Positions 38,760 through 52,701 of a stretch of DNA of 64,000 nucleotides are shown in pieces (position 1 is the stretch's first letter; each line of letters opens with the position of its first letter). The position numbers were made by a program, and so were the translations under genes. The notes below the pieces were generated by a model, which ran no database searches, was not told where the DNA came from, and saw only the letters and a list, made by a program, of their open reading frames with translations. The stretch comes from Heptranchias perlo (Eukaryota). The stretch covers positions 4,588,001-4,652,000 of the forward strand of contig NC_090340.1 in the NCBI RefSeq assembly GCF_035084215.1, given 5' to 3'.

Positions 38760-41285
38760 ATGTTCTACAAGTGGCAGACGGCATGGGTGAGTTACTAAAT
38801 AAGAACTTTAAATCTGTCTTCACAAAACAAGAGGTTGCTGCCAATGTCACCGTAAAGAAGGAAGTAGTAGAGAGACTTGATAGAATAAAATAGATAAAGA
38901 AGAGATACTTAAAAGGTTGGCAGCACTAAAAGTAGAAAAGTAACCAGGTGTAGATGGGATGCAACCTTGATTGCTGAGGCCAGTATGGGTGGAAATAGCG
39001 GAGGCTCCAGCCGCAATCTTTCGATCATTTGTCGATATGGGAGTGATGCCAGAGGACTGGAGGATTGCAAACCCCTGTTCAAAATAGAGAGAGCGACTAC
39101 AGGCCAGTCAGCTTATGGTCGGTAGTGTGGAAACTTTTAGAGATAATAAACCTGGACAAAATTAATTGTCATTTGGAAAAACATGGGTTAATATATGACA
39201 GCTAACACAGATTTGTTAAAGGCAAATCGTGCCTGACAAACTTGGTTGAGTTCAATAATGAAGTAGCGGCGAGGGTTGATGAGGGCAGAGCGGTTGATGT
39301 TTGGACTCAAATGTAGGGGGCATGACTAAGAAGTTTGCAGGGGATACAAAAATTGGTCGTGTAGTTGACAGTGAGGAGGAAAGCTGTAGGCTGCAGGAAT
39401 ACATCAATGGACTGGTCAGGTGGGAAGAAAAGTGACAAATGGAATTCAATTCACAGAAATGTGAGTGTAATGCATTTGTGGATGGCAAAAAAGACAAGGG
39501 AGTACACAATAAATGGAAGGATGCTGAAACGTATAGGCGAAGTGCGGGACATTGGAGTGCATGTCCACAGATCCCTGAAGGTAGCAGGACAGGTAGATAA
39601 GGTGGTTAAGAATGCATATGGGATACTTTCCTTTATTAGCCTGGGCATAGAATATACGAGCAGGGAGGTTATGCTGGAAATATATAAAACATTGGTTCGT
39701 CCACAGCTTGGGTATTGTGTACAGTTCTGGTCACCACATTACAGGAAAGATGTGGTTGCACGAGAGAGGGCACAGAGGAGATTTACGAGGATGCTGCCAG
39801 GACTGGAGAAATTTAGCTATGAGGAAACATTGGATATGCTGGGGTTGTTCTCTTTGGAACAGAGGAGGCTGAGGGGCGATTAAAGTATGAGGGTCCTAGA
39901 TAGAGGAGATAGGAAGGGCGTATTTCCCTTAGCAGTGAGACCAATAACCAGGGGGCATAGATTTATAGTGATTGGTCGAAGGATTAGAGGGAAGTTGAGG
40001 AAATAAACTTTCACCGAGTGGGTAGTAGGCGTCTGTAACTCACTGCCTGAAAGGGTGGTAGAGGCAGAAAACCTCAACTCATTTAATAAGTACCTGGATG
40101 TGCATCTGAAGTGCCGTGACCTACAAGGCTACTGGCCTTGTGCTGGAAAGTGGGATCAGGCTGAGCGGCTCATATTCGGACTGCACTGACACGATGGAAT
40201 GAAAGGCCTCTTTCTCTGCCATAAATTTTCTATGATTCTATGTTGTATAGGCGGACTTTTAAAAGGCGTTAGATGAAGTAACATATACTCGACCTGTTAG
40301 CAAAATTGAAGCCCATGGGATTAATGCAAAAGTGACAGCTTGGATATGAAATTGGCTAAGGGAGAGAAAGCAGACAATAGTGGTTAACGGTTGCTTTTGA
40401 GACTGGAGAATGATGTCACGTCCGGGTGATATTAGCACCACTGCTATCTTGGTGTTTCTCTATATATTTATATATTAAGGACCTGGACTTTAGTATACAG
40501 GGTATAACTTCAAAGTTTGATGGTGACATTAAACTCGGCAATGTTGCAATCAGTGAGGAGGATAGCAGCGGACTTCAGGAGGACAGAGACAGACTTGAGA
40601 AATGACAGAGGAACGTTAATGCAGAGCATTGTGAAGTGTTGCATTTGGGGAATAAAAGGAGGAGAGGCAAAATGAACTAAATGGTACAATTTTATAGGGG
40701 GTGCAGAAACAGAGAAAACTGGTGGATGACGTGCACAAATCTTTGAAGGTGGCAGGACAAGTTAATGAAGCTGTAAAAAAGCATATGGGATCCTGGGCTT
40801 TATAAACTGGTATATTGTATAAAAAGGAAGGAAGTTATGCTAATCCTTTATAAAACACTGACAGGCCTCAGCTGGAGTACTGTGTCCAATTCTGGACACT
40901 ACACTTCAGGAAGAATGCCAAGACCTTCGAGGGAGTGCAGAGGAAATTTACTGGAATGGTACCAGGGATGAGGGACTTCAGTTATGTGGAGAATCTAGAG
41001 AAGATGGGATTGTTCTCCTGAGAGCAGAGAGTTTAAGGGGAGACTTATTAGAAGTGTTCAAAATTATGAGGGATTTTCGTAGTGCACATAGGGAGAAACT
41101 ATTTCCACTGACAGCACTGTCAGCAAACAAGGGTACAGATTTCAGATAATTGGCAAAAGCGCCTAGGAGGAAATGAGGAGATTTTTTTTTCCGCAGCGAA
41201 TTGTTATGATATGGATTGAATTTTCTAAAAGCGTGATGGAAGCAGATTCCGTTGTAACTTTCAGAACGGAATTGGATATATTAAT
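38760..41285 (+). mobile_element. Cluster of nested or rearranged CR1 ORF2 fragments
   Basis: ORF 39365-39883 YKTLVRPQLGYCVQFWSPHYRKD; 3'UTR ending ~40240; another RT and C-terminal segment 40245-41285. Confidence 0.85.
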
Positions 41286-41289
41286 AATC

Positions 41290-41432
41290 TCGTCAGAACG
41301 ACTCTGACGAACGGTCATTGACCTGAAACGTTATCTCTGTTTCTTTCTCCACAGATGCTGCCCGACTTGCTGAGCATTTCCAGCATTTTCTGTTTTTATT
41401 TCAGATTTCCAACATCCGCAAAATTTGCTTTT
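41290..41432 (+). repeat. Penelope-like terminal repeat fragment with minimal hammerhead-core motif
   Basis: CTGACGA-acGGTC-att-GACC-t-GAAAC at 41304-41329, followed by ctccacagatgctgcc.gac.tgctgag.atttccagcattttctg. Confidence 0.55.
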
Positions 41433-42337
41433 CACAAACGACCCGAATAGCCTGCAGGCAGAAGACACTTTAATCTCACTAACGTGATCGGAACCCAAGT
41501 CAAAGGGGCGAACGAACCATGACTAAATCACTGCTTCACTCCGCCTCCTCGATGTTACTGGTTATTGGATCATTCGGTTGTCGTGATGTTACAGTATGGT
41601 GTCCAATGCCCACTGCGCTGTGAACATCATGTTTTATTACGTGAAATAAAAACACTAAAACAGCCTAATTATCGATTGAACCTGGGTACCATTGTGCACA
41701 CAGGGCTACTACTGCTTCAGCTTGCTCTTGGTGGTAAAGAACTGAGACTTTCTAGTATGCATCTCGCAGGCCTGAAATGCTATCTAATTTATACCGCTTT
41801 CAACCCGGATCTTGAATGAGCCACACAGGCTCAGAAAAGGGCGTTTTCTGAAACGTGAAAGCTCTCAGCCAACGTTGCCGGCTCTCTCAGCATGGCGCAG
41901 TGGGCTGAGAGGCGCCTGCGACTCGATGCAGTCTCTCTATATAGAGAGAAAATGAATGGATTGATCTGGACGGAAGTGTAATGTAAATCAGAAAGATAGC
42001 AGTGAAAGAGGGGAGAGCGATAGAAGTGCTGGCGGAGAAAGTGATAGGTAAAAATAGAGAGAGAGAACGAATTGATGCCGGAGATTACTGCCCAATTGAA
42101 GGAAAGAAAAGATGCGAAGTATGTCGAATTGACAGCTTCATCACCTGGACTACAGGAAACACAAAACGTTTGGATGCAGAATGAGGTATTGAATCTGATT
42201 CTCTGACTAAGACATGACTCATTCGCTACTTGTAACACCGATGGGATCGTGATTATCACTGGGCTCCCACGAAGGCTCAGAAATGGGGTATCGAATAGTA
42301 ACAGGGCTGCCGCAGCTTTACAAGTATCACCGCAATA

Positions 42338-42577
42338 TAGAATCGTTGAACTTAGAAGGAGGCCATTCGACCGATCGTGCCTGAGCTGGCTCTGAAAGAG
42401 CTATCCAATCAGTGCCACGCCCTCATTCTTTCTCCATAAACCTGCAATGTTTTCCATATATATATATATATATAATTTTCTTTTGAAAGTTGTATTGAAT
42501 GTGCTCCCACCACTGTTTCAGACAGTATATTCCAGATCACAACAATTCGCTACATAAAACAAATCCTCCTCATCTCA
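42338..42577 (-). mobile_element. CR1 3' end, host site of the ERV (continues at 53541-53960)
   Basis: cctcctcatctca at the left junction continues as cttctattgttcttttgccaatt after the ERV, as in uninterrupted CR1 tails (compare 11800-11835). Confidence 0.7.
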
Positions 42578-43175
42578 TGTAAGACTGTTTCGCCCTGACA
42601 CCAACTGGTCATGTAATCATCTTTCATTTAAACAAAAGCAAGGATTAATACATGCAAGTATGTAAACATGTAATTATCGATGAACAAGAAATCGTATTAC
42701 CCCGTTGTCCTTTAGGTAGAGATCGTTAACTCTGTCACTGCCTCGAACCCTGCCTTCTTCCTTCATGCTGAGCTGCTTTCCTTCTCTACAAATAAATGTT
42801 CGTTTGTTCTGGCATTTCAAATGAACGTAAGGTATCTCAAACACAGCGTGGGTGCTTGATGTGTTTCGGGGCCGGTCTGTCTGCTAGTGTATTTTTTCAA
42901 TGGCCTGGCTAATCTCCAATATTAGCACATTTTAGCAGACATGGGATGCCTTCCACACACTCTGTGGAAGGGGCCGACCTGTCTGCTAGTCCATGTTTTT
43001 CCAATGTCCCGGCTAACCTCCAATATTAGCATCGCCTTATCTGACAATGACCTCAGAATGTGTTTAATTATTCTTGAAAACAACTTTAAATAATTCATCT
43101 TTCTCGTCTGCAGCCTACTCGTGGTGGAAAATATTGAGTCTCTGTTAGAAAAACACGAAGTGCTAGATAGATGAC
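42578..43175 (-). repeat. ERV 3' LTR (inner end probably deleted)
   Basis: Direct repeat of 52702-53446; terminal TG on + (CA on -); internal ~100-bp duplication 42871-42930 / 42973-43032. Confidence 0.85.
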
Positions 43176-43189
43176 CAACCAAAGAATAA

Positions 43190-45740
43190 CGTCCACCAAT
43201 GGTGTTCCGCTCGGTTCGTAACTCACTCAAGAACCTTCGAGATCTGTATTCCAGCTTGATGGACATTTGAGGTCATTACTTTAGCATCTATATTCTAGCT
43301 ATACAAAACCCTGGTTAGACCGCGCCTGGAGTACTGTGAGCAGTTCTGGGCACCGCACCTTCGGAAGGGAGTGCAGCGTAGGTTTACTGGAACGATACCC
43401 GAACTTCAACGGTTAAGTTACGAGGAACGATTAAACAAATTGGGGTTGTGTTCTCCAGAGTTTCGAAGGTTAAGGGGTGATCTGATCGAAGTTTACAAGG
43501 TATTAAGGGGAACAGATAGGGTGGATAGAGCGAAACTATTTCTGCTGGTTGGGATGCTCGGAGAAGTGGGCATAGTCTGAAAATTAGAGCCAGACCTTTC
43601 AGGAGCGATATTAGAAAACATTTCTACACACAACGGCAGGTAGATGTTTGGAACTTTATTCCGCAAACGGCAATTTATACTCGCTCAATTTCTACATTTA
43701 AATCTGAGATTGATAACTTTTTGGCAACCAAAGGTATTAAGGGATGTGCGCCAAAGGCAGGTATAAGGAGTAAGATCGCAGGTCAGCCATGATCTGACCA
43801 AATGGCGGAGCAGGCACGAGCGGCTGAATGGACTACTCCTGTTCCTATGCTCCTATGTTCCTATGTACTTTATGCAACAGTTTCATTGACTCCTTATACT
43901 GTAAAAGTTATCGCAATAGATCCAGGTTCATTCCTAATTCTACAAGTTCTATGTGTTTATACAAATATAATGCTCATGTCCATGATGGTGGACCCATTTT
44001 AATATCATATTCCCGCATCGTATTCCAATCGGAATGCTCTATGAACACTTCATTAATAGTTATGACACCTGCTTCCTGTGCCTTCTTGGGTAAAACAACG
44101 ATCACCGTTCTCAAGCCTACGTCCTTCCCAAATAATTCCAAGACTTCCTTCCTGTATGCATGCCTCCACTGACATGAATTCCCATCGTCCATCTGTCCCT
44201 TTAGTTGCCAATGAGCGATGATCACTTGGAATTACGATTGTCACATTTTCCTCTAATCATAGACTCATATAGCATAAATGGAGAAGTAGGTCGCATGGTT
44301 CAAGTTTAGTACATCCCTACATCATGTGGAAAGTTTACGATATGCCAACAAGTCTGCCATTTACGTTCAAACTCTTAGGCGCTATCCCATATTATCTTTT
44401 GCATCTCTGGGGATCCAATTCATTTTTCCCCATCCCTTACCATATCCATGACCAAAGTTTGTAGCCATTCTTGGCCTTTTATGTTGAAATTGTAAAGAAT
44501 AAGTTCCCTTGTTCCATCCTTGGTGCTTCCAACAGCAACTAATGAACCTTTCATTCTCGTGATCCCAATCGAGCAACAGGTGCTCTTGCATCCATTAACC
44601 CATTGCCAATTTCTCCAAACAGGTTACCAGGGATTTACCCATATGCCTTATTGAGTGAGCTATTCTCTGTAATTTATTCATCAATGTTTCCACATTCATC
44701 CTATTCAAAACACCTACCGCAGCACCTCTTCCCCCCAATACTGTACCGAGGAAATAACGTTGACGACCTGTAGGCGATTTTGAACATTGATATGGCAGCG
44801 TGAGCAACTAATTATTCTAACCTGTATTTAGTGTTTGAATGAAGGGGGCGCACGTCGGTTTTATTGAGGAGATATCAGTTCCTTTTAGGGATATTGCTAT
44901 TTTCTTCAGGATCCGACTTGGATTCTCCATTGATCCTTGTGGCGTATTTGTTTGTACACAAATACGTATGGTCCCACCCATTTTACATTTCGAATCATTG
45001 TTGCTAAAACAGGAAATTACTCTGTAAAAACGGACGGTCCATAAATAGTCCCGGTCCATAAACAGTCCAAATCCCTCCCATTTCTGTTCTCATGCCCGTC
45101 TTATTTGCACCTTTATACCACACATTCAAGTGCACTTGTTGGGTGTTGTTACACCATCGATAATCACATTTATACCATGGTCCCGAGGCAACCATTTATG
45201 ACTGGGAGTATTACCTAATCTATGTTGCACAATTCAAACTAAAATTCAGAACCTGACCATCTGGACTCACCAACGTGATGTTATAATTTGGCCCATTTAA
45301 TTTCTTAGGTCCTAATTGACGATATCGCACTTCTGTTCAAGGTCCTTATCACGTTTTGCACATAAGTGGTTATTCCATGTTATAAACTGACATTTATAAT
45401 CTACGGCTACCCAAATGTCAATCAATTGTCCACATATTTTGAAGTGCGATGTCCCCAACATCCTTGAATCGTTTGCCCTTGCCATACCCTCGCACCAGAA
45501 GACTCGTAAGCTACGGTGTATATAGTTGTTGTATCAAGGACCAGTCCAGAACGACGTCTGGCCACCGAGTGTGACGCCACCTGACGTCCGTTGATTTTCT
45601 ACGAAGGCAGGGGCATATTGCCATGACTTGTCCAAATTATAGAGGTGTTTTGCCCTTCGTTACTTGACAACGTTATTTCACCCAGCCCAGGGGATGCCTC
45701 TCATCTCCAAATGATGATCATCATCAGGGTGTTGTTGGTA
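43190..45740 (-). pseudogene. env: ERV env, class I fusion glycoprotein-like (interrupted by a CR1)
   Basis: Basic site and Gly/Ala fusion peptide GRQRY-FLGTVLGGRGAAVGVLN then heptad-like NVETLMNKLQRIAHSI (44650-44770); Cys-containing segments CAPFIQTLN, VEACIQEGSLGII, YICINT. Confidence 0.65.
43293..43866 (+). mobile_element. CR1 3' fragment inserted in ERV env
   Basis: LSYEERLNKLGL..RRLRGDLIEVYK; (tcctatg) tail. Confidence 0.88.
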
Positions 45741-45765
45741 TCGAAACTTTATGGTGCCATATTAG

Positions 45766-45878
45766 GCCAGAGGAGCATACTGAGCATACCGAATGCAGAC
45801 ATGGATATGCTCAGTATGCTCCTCTGGCATACTGAGCATATCCAGTATGCCAGAGGAGCATACTGAGCATGCTCCTCT
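45766..45878. repeat. Nested perfect inverted-repeat (fold-back) insertion
   Basis: 45766-45788 is the reverse complement of 45806-45828 (23 bp); 45802-45819 of 45827-45844 (18 bp); 45807-45834 of 45843-45870 (28 bp). Confidence 0.9.
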
Positions 45879-45959
45879 CTCCATAGACTCACGAATATCC
45901 GTAACATCTTTCTTCGTGTGGGTAATTTGCTCTCTGTAAAATAAACCACAGTATCTGGT

Positions 45960-48900
45960 TATCGTTCAGTATTATCATCTGCTGCTACCGATTTGAGCTC
46001 GTTCACATGGTATCATTTAGTAACCTTTGTATTTCCTTTTCCCGTGCATTGCATTAAGTATACACCCTGATTTGGTCGGTGTACTAGGGGAAAGGGTACA
46101 TTCCATAACTAAAGCTCCTACCTCATTCAGAGGATTTTATTTCTTTGTGGAAATACCCTTTACTCTGATTTTTAGATTTCTCAATATTACATGCCGCAGA
46201 TCGGTTAGTTTTGTTTACATATTCCACCACCTGATTTAACTATATACTTCCGATCGTTCCTAACAGCAAACGAGTTGCAGTGGGCACTAAAATGTGTTCT
46301 GGCGTGAGCATTAGTCTACCGTCATGGTATGATACCTGTGGTGGCAGGAGGGATTGATCGAATTTCCATAAGACACATGGGCAGCATGTTTACCCATTGA
46401 GTGAAGTGATCTGCACAAAACTTCTTTAACATAGTTTTTTAATGTCCGATTTGTTCTTTCTGCCTCACCCGACGATTGTGGGCTATGTGAAATATGCAGT
46501 TTGTTCTCTATTTTCATCAGCTTTTGGAGTTCAGTGAAGATTTTGCCTGTAAAATGTGACTCGTGATCACTGTCTACTTATATCGGTACTCCCCACCTGC
46601 AGAACACCTCACTCAACAATATTCTAGCTGCAGTAATGGCGGTGCTTGTCCGACATGGAAATACTTCCATCCACTTTGTGAATGTATCAATAATGACCAA
46701 ACGATGCAAGTAGAATGAAGGCGGTTGGAAAAAGGGCCAATGAAATCAATCCGTAAATGCTTCCAAGTTAGTTCAGGGGGAGGTGTACCTCGAAGCAAAG
46801 TACGATTGATGTGTATTGCTGGATTATGTTGTAGGCATATTAAATGTCTCGCTACACGGTGAATGAAGTCGTCGTTGCATTCAGGCCGCCATGCAACTTT
46901 TAGCGTTTAATGCGCTGTGGTCTCTGCAGAAAAAATGACCACCCACGGCATGACCGTGGAACATGTTAAAGATTCCATCCTTCAAAGTCGGCGGAACACA
47001 CACAATTGGGAAAGATTTGGACTTGGATTGATACATAAGTAAGGATTGCATTATCGCCAAGCATGGTTTCGGGATACCATCTTGTGGGTTGAGGTAGCAG
47101 TTTATTTTCTTGGTGCGGAGCCAAGATTTGCTAATTCGATGACCTGGACATTAGTCGATCGAAATTGAAGTTATGACCAGCTATGGCACAAACACGGCCA
47201 TTGGAGAATGGACAAAAAGGCTGCCCAGTGTTGGCGGCCTCTTTTGAAGCCCTGTTGGCTTGGCAATTACCGACTGAGTGTTGACCGGTTCCTTTGGTGT
47301 GGGCCTTTACCTTACCTTTGAAGCATGGCTGTCTTTTATCTCTTAATGCGTCCCACAACATTCTAAATTCATCACCATATACTAGTAATTACGCATCAGA
47401 GGTATGGTAGTTATTCTTGCAATACAGAGCAAGTGACAACATAGTATTGATAGTATTGGCACTGTCAGACCAAATAGTAACAGGTTGATCGGAAGTTTCA
47501 ATTACAGCTGGGATGCATGCTAGGTTGCTGAGGGAAGTAAGGGTGGCAATTGCGGGAATATTGGCCCTAATCTTTCAATCATCCTTAGAAACGGTGGTGG
47601 TGCCAGAGGACAAGAAAAATGAAAAATGTTACACACTTGTTCAAAAAAGAATTTAAAGAAAAAACACCAATTACAGGCGAGTCAGTTTAATCTCGGCGGT
47701 GGGAAATATTTTAGAAACGCTAATTCGGGACAAAATTAATAGTCAACGGAAAAATGTGGATTAATTAAGGAAAGCCAACACGGGTTTGTTAAAGGCAATT
47801 CGTGTTTAACTAACTTGATTGAGTTTTTCGATGAGGTAACAAAAAGGGTTGATGAGGGCAATGCGGTTGATTTAGTGTATACGGACTTCCAAAAGGCGTT
47901 TGATAAAGTGCCGCATAATAGGTTTGTCAACAAAGGTGAAGCCCATGGAATAAAAGGGGCAATGGAAGCATGGATACGAACTTCAAAAGAACAGTGAGGA
48001 CGATAGTAATAGACTTCAAGAGGACATAGACAGGCTGGTGGAATGGGTGGACAAGTTGCAGATGAAACTTAATGCAGTGAAGTGCGAGTGGTACATTTTG
48101 TTCGGTTGAACGAGGAGAAGCAATATAAATTAAAGGGTCCAATCCTCAAAGGGGTGCAGAAACACAGCGATCTGGGGGTATAGGCGCACAAATCACTGTG
48201 GCAAGGCAGGTTGAGAGAGTGGCTAAAAAATCATAGCGGATCCAGGGATTTATAAATAGAGGCATAGAAGAACCTTTATAAAACACTGGCTCGGCCACAA
48301 CTGGAGTATTGTATCGAATTTTGGGCACCACACTTTAGGGAGGATGTGAAGGCCTTGGAGAGGGTGCCGACGAGATTTACTAGAATGGTTCCAGGGATGA
48401 AGGACTTCCGTTACGTAGATATACTGGAGAAGCTGGGGTTGTTCTATTTAGAGTAGAGAAGGTTGAGAGGACATTTGATCGGGGGATTCAAATTGATGGA
48501 GTGCCTGGACAGAATATATGGAGATAAACTGTTCCCATTGGCCAAGGACCAAGATCCAGGGGACATCGATTTAAGGTGATTGGCGAAAGAAGCAAAGGTG
48601 ACATGAGGAAAAACTTTTTTAGACAGTGAGTGGTTATGATCTGCAATGCATTGCCAGAGTGGGTGGTGGAAATAGATTCAATTGTGGCTTTCAAAAGGAA
48701 ATTGAATAAGTATTTGAAAAGAAATAAAATGCAGGCCTACGGGGAAAGGGTGGGAGGGTGGGACCAGCTGGATTGCTCTTGCGAAAAGCCGGCACGGACT
48801 CGATGGGCCGAATGGCCTACTTCCGTTCTGTAACCATTCTATGGTTCTATGATTCTATGAAAAGAACACTGCGATTTCAGCATATTGCGCTGAGTGTGGC

Positions 48901-50330
48901 ATGCACCTCTGCTGGATAATTTATTCAGGGAGGACGACTGCAAAACCCATAAATGGCACCCCCTATTGTGAAATGAGGAACCATCGAAGTAGACATCTGT
49001 AACATCCTCCAACGAAGTTTTCTGAACTGGGTTATTAACGAAGTCCATTAGCGGTAGTGGACATTCATGCGATTCTCCCTGGTATTGTATCACCTCTAGT
49101 GGAAGAGTTGCTTGTTTTGGCGTAATGCCAAAATGTCATTCCATCAACAACAACATCCAAAAGCTCAAACGAGCAGATGATAACAACGTATCTCCCGGTT
49201 TCATCAAAAGGTTAAGTGGAGTGTGCGGGGAGTGGAGCACCAAAGTTTGCAATCCTGTGATGTACTTAAAGTATTTCGCAGTCCAAAAGGTGGCCAACAA
49301 ATGACTTTGTCCTCCATGAACGCATCCAATCCTGTCACTTTCCGCGATGCATCGGCAGTAGATAAGAGCTTATCTTGGACAACTTGACAGAGGACTGCCA
49401 CCATAATCTGGCCGGTGCTCCAACTTCCACATGGAAAGGCACCTATGGATCTGGAGTGATCAGACCCGTTGGTTGTATGACCGCCTTCTTTAGCTGTCGA
49501 ACCGCTTTGGTGTGCTGTGAGATCCATCTGGACAGCACAGCGCCTTCCTTTCCTTTAAATAACTCATACAATGGTTCCGCAAGAACTGCAAAACGTGGTA
49601 AAACAGCAATCTGGTATCCCAACAACCCGAACAATGAACGGAGCGCAGTTTTAGACACCGGCAATGATAATCGCTGTATATTTTTTACTTTGTGCTGATC
49701 TGCATTTTATCCAGCAGCAGAGATGGACACGCTCAGAAATGTCACTTTTTCCTGTAGCAGTTGAAACTTTCGAGGGTTAAGTTTTAATCTCACCCCTTTT
49801 AACATTTCGAACAGTTCTTCCAACAATTGGAGATGTTGCTTCTTTGGTTTTGTAGCTAGCGTCAAATCATCTAGTAGGCTTAGAGGAACTATGATGGACT
49901 TTCTCATTCGCTTGTGGAGGATCGTTGAAGCGTTATGAAATCCCTGGGGCAGACAAGTCAACGTACAACTCTGATTTTCTAAGGTAAAAGCGCATTTACA
50001 CTGATCTTTTCTCATGAGTATACCCCAGAATCCATTTGCTATGTTTGTGGTCGAAAACCATTTGGCTCTGGGTGGAATTAGAGATAACAACGTTGGTGTT
50101 TCCTTTACGACCGGTGGGCAAGCGGGAGTGACTGAATTTGACTTTCGATCATTAATAACCATCAACCACGGTCTGTTATATTAACGGGCCAAATAGGAGA
50201 ACTTGTAGTCAGCGTGCCGACTCCAACAATACCCTACCAGACTAACGCCCGAACTGTGGCCTCCACATATGGATGTTTTGCCTTGTGAATTGGATAAAGT
50301 TTTGCGAATAGATGCTGAGGTCTATTCACT
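45960..50330 (-). pseudogene. pol: ERV pol: RT (~49700-50330), connection, RNase H (split by CR1), integrase (~45960-46960)
   Basis: SSPIWPV, KWFSTTNIANGFW, LPQGFHNASTILH, LLDDL, LRSLFGLLGY, VYFDGSS, KVKAH..GN..AN.ASKEAA, WKHLRIDFIGP, PQSSGEAERTNRTLK. Confidence 0.88.
47505..48860 (+). mobile_element. Internally deleted CR1 inserted in the ERV RNase H
   Basis: IEFFDEVTKRVDEGNAVD.VY.DFQKAFDKVPH; (ttctatga) tail. Confidence 0.88.
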
Positions 50331-50499
50331 AACGATTTTCCTTCCATTCGTCACAATCATATGTTCTGCGGGCAAACGCGATTGCCCATTTTTGAAGCAT
50401 ATTTTGTACCTCCAGTTCCTGATGGACCAGAAATTCGCACACCTGCTCTTTCTTAATCGCGAACACTGAATGCATACCTGAAAGCTCTACAACCGACTT

Positions 50500-50872
50500 C
50501 CTATCATGCCAACCATAGACATTGTTTGGAATAGTCAATAATGACACCGCATTGATCTGAACATCAGTTCCCAATAAACCTCGCCCGTCGTTAGTTCGCA
50601 TTGATACCGCAGTATGCAGTTCAAACTCCGCACCATGTGAAGATATCTGAGACAAGCTCAACTGATAAGCCTACTCTGACAATCCATTAAAATCCTGCAG
50701 CCGCAGCATCGTGTTCGGGAAATGGAGTACGAATGATGGTTACCGGTGACCCGATGTTTATTAACATCATTTGTCGTTCGGCCCCACCAATAACAACAGA
50801 GACTGCAGGTCTAGTATGGGCATCACGTCGGAACTCCACTACCGACTTTGTAGAGGGGCCGACTCCCTTCAT
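50500..50872 (-). pseudogene. pro: ERV aspartic protease (degenerate)
   Basis: V.IGG..RQMMLINIGSPVTII (decayed LIDTGS) and GLLGTD motif. Confidence 0.65.
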
Positions 50873-52600
50873 TGCTGGCCCGGATTTTGTCCTTCAGCCT
50901 CAGCTGAAGGAGTGGAAGCTGTATCAATTGACGCCACTTGTTCACGTTGGCCCATAATGTTGCTGGTTGTCAGTAATTTATTCAATTTATCCTTGGTCCC
51001 TTGTCTCCAGTTTTCCGGAGTACCGACATGGGGGAAGGGCTGGGCAGCAGTTCCTTCCCTGTATACAACCTCTGGCAAAATGTCCCATTTTGCCACAATT
51101 ATAGCATTGTGGTCCTCTATTTCCTGATCATGACCTTTTATTTGGTCCCAGTTATTCCTATACTTCTGAGGTCCCTCGTCCACTGACATTGGTTTTCCCG
51201 CAGTTCTCGAATGTTGCTGCCCTCCCTTTGGTCTGGTGATGTGTCTTTTTACATCACCCCAGGCCTCAATGGTGAGTCTCAAAATTTCGTCCCACCTATC
51301 ATTTTTACAGATAGATACTCCCAGTGCAGTTTCCATTAACGGCTGCAAATGACTTATAAACGTTTGTTTCAAGAACTTATAGTTTCGCCGATAAGGCATC
51401 ACTTGGTTTGGTTGTACAATTGCGAGCTGACGTGGCACAATGGGTGTGTCATCTCATACACATCAAGCAATCGACTGTTGAACGCGATCGCTTGCTCTGT
51501 AGGTCCCTGTACCGCTAGTGCACAAATGTGCATCAGATTTAAGGTGTTTACTCCCAATAAATCCAATATTCCTCCAAGCAGCACATCGGACCTATTTACT
51601 GCATAAGCGGCAGGGTAATACATGGTTGTAAGCCCTCACCCAGGGCGGCAAATAAAATAGTTTTTAAATCACCGTCTTCCAGCTCTCCATGACCCCGTTT
51701 AAAATCTCCCCAAGCTCGAGTGAGCACAGTAGGGTCATTTCCGTTAATGGGCCCTAATTATGTCGCCAAAGTAGCTGCTTCATCCAGTTTCTTGGGTTTA
51801 CTCTCATTGTGTCTTGATGTAATCGCACCTTATTGATCACGGCTCACACTGGTGATGATCACATTTACGGGCTGGCTTTCCCAGGCATCGGTGTCGGTAT
51901 TATTATTATATGCTGTTTCTCATTCTAACGGTTGCCAATATACTCCATCCCCTCCTCCGCCCGCCTTGTTAGCTGACACCAGGGTTGTTTGTTGTTCCAA
52001 TTCTCCCTGTAGCTCATATATTTTTAACTCGAACTTGGTGTAATCTGCCTCGCGAGCAGGCCTATTCACCATTTTTCTAAGGGCTCCTAGCGCGTCTTTT
52101 CGTTGTGGGCTCAAAACATTGTTCTCTTGCAGGAATTCATTAATCTTCTACTTCACCTGCTGCGCTACTAACCCCTGGGCGGCTGCCTGAGCAGCTCCAG
52201 CCTGTATTTGTGACAGAATACATGTCAGATCCCTATTCCATTCTCCAGTTCCTCACACTGTTTCTTCCCTTGTTTTAACTGTTTTACACTCTTGGTCTTT
52301 CTTTTCCACCAATTCCACCTGCGGTTGTTCCCTTTCTTCCTGTTCTTTGTTTGTCTTTGCGAAGATTTGCTCTCTTCTGCGTGCAAAGAAATGGGCTGCA
52401 TGGACTAACAGTTGTCTGCCTATTTTTATTTTATTTTCATTCGTCTCCTCCTGAGTCCATTGCACGGTGCATTCAAATGTTCCGCCGTCTCCTGCCGTTG
52501 CAAAGACCTTCTCTAACTGGTTCTGTAAGATCATTTCGGTCTCGGTTAACTCTGCCACAGTGAGTAAATAGATTACCGGTAGGAGGTACAATCCCCTACA
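50869..52600 (-). pseudogene. gag: ERV gag-like region
   Basis: Broken ORFs with coiled-coil character between PBS and protease (52253-52591, 51920-52114, 50869-51438); assigned by position. Confidence 0.55.
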
Positions 52601-52682
52601 CTCCCTAAAGTTCCTTTCCTGAACTCAATAGGTCGATCCTAGGACCTTCCTTTTGCTCAATTGATCATCAACTATTTGTCAG

Positions 52683-52700
52683 GTCCTGCCACGGACGCCA
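52683..52700 (-). promoter_or_regulatory. Primer binding site TGGCGTCCGTGGCAGGAC
   Basis: Starts TGG one base inside the 5' LTR end (..TGACA g TGGCG); primer tRNA undetermined, partly Ser-like. Confidence 0.7.
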
Positions 52701-52701
52701 C

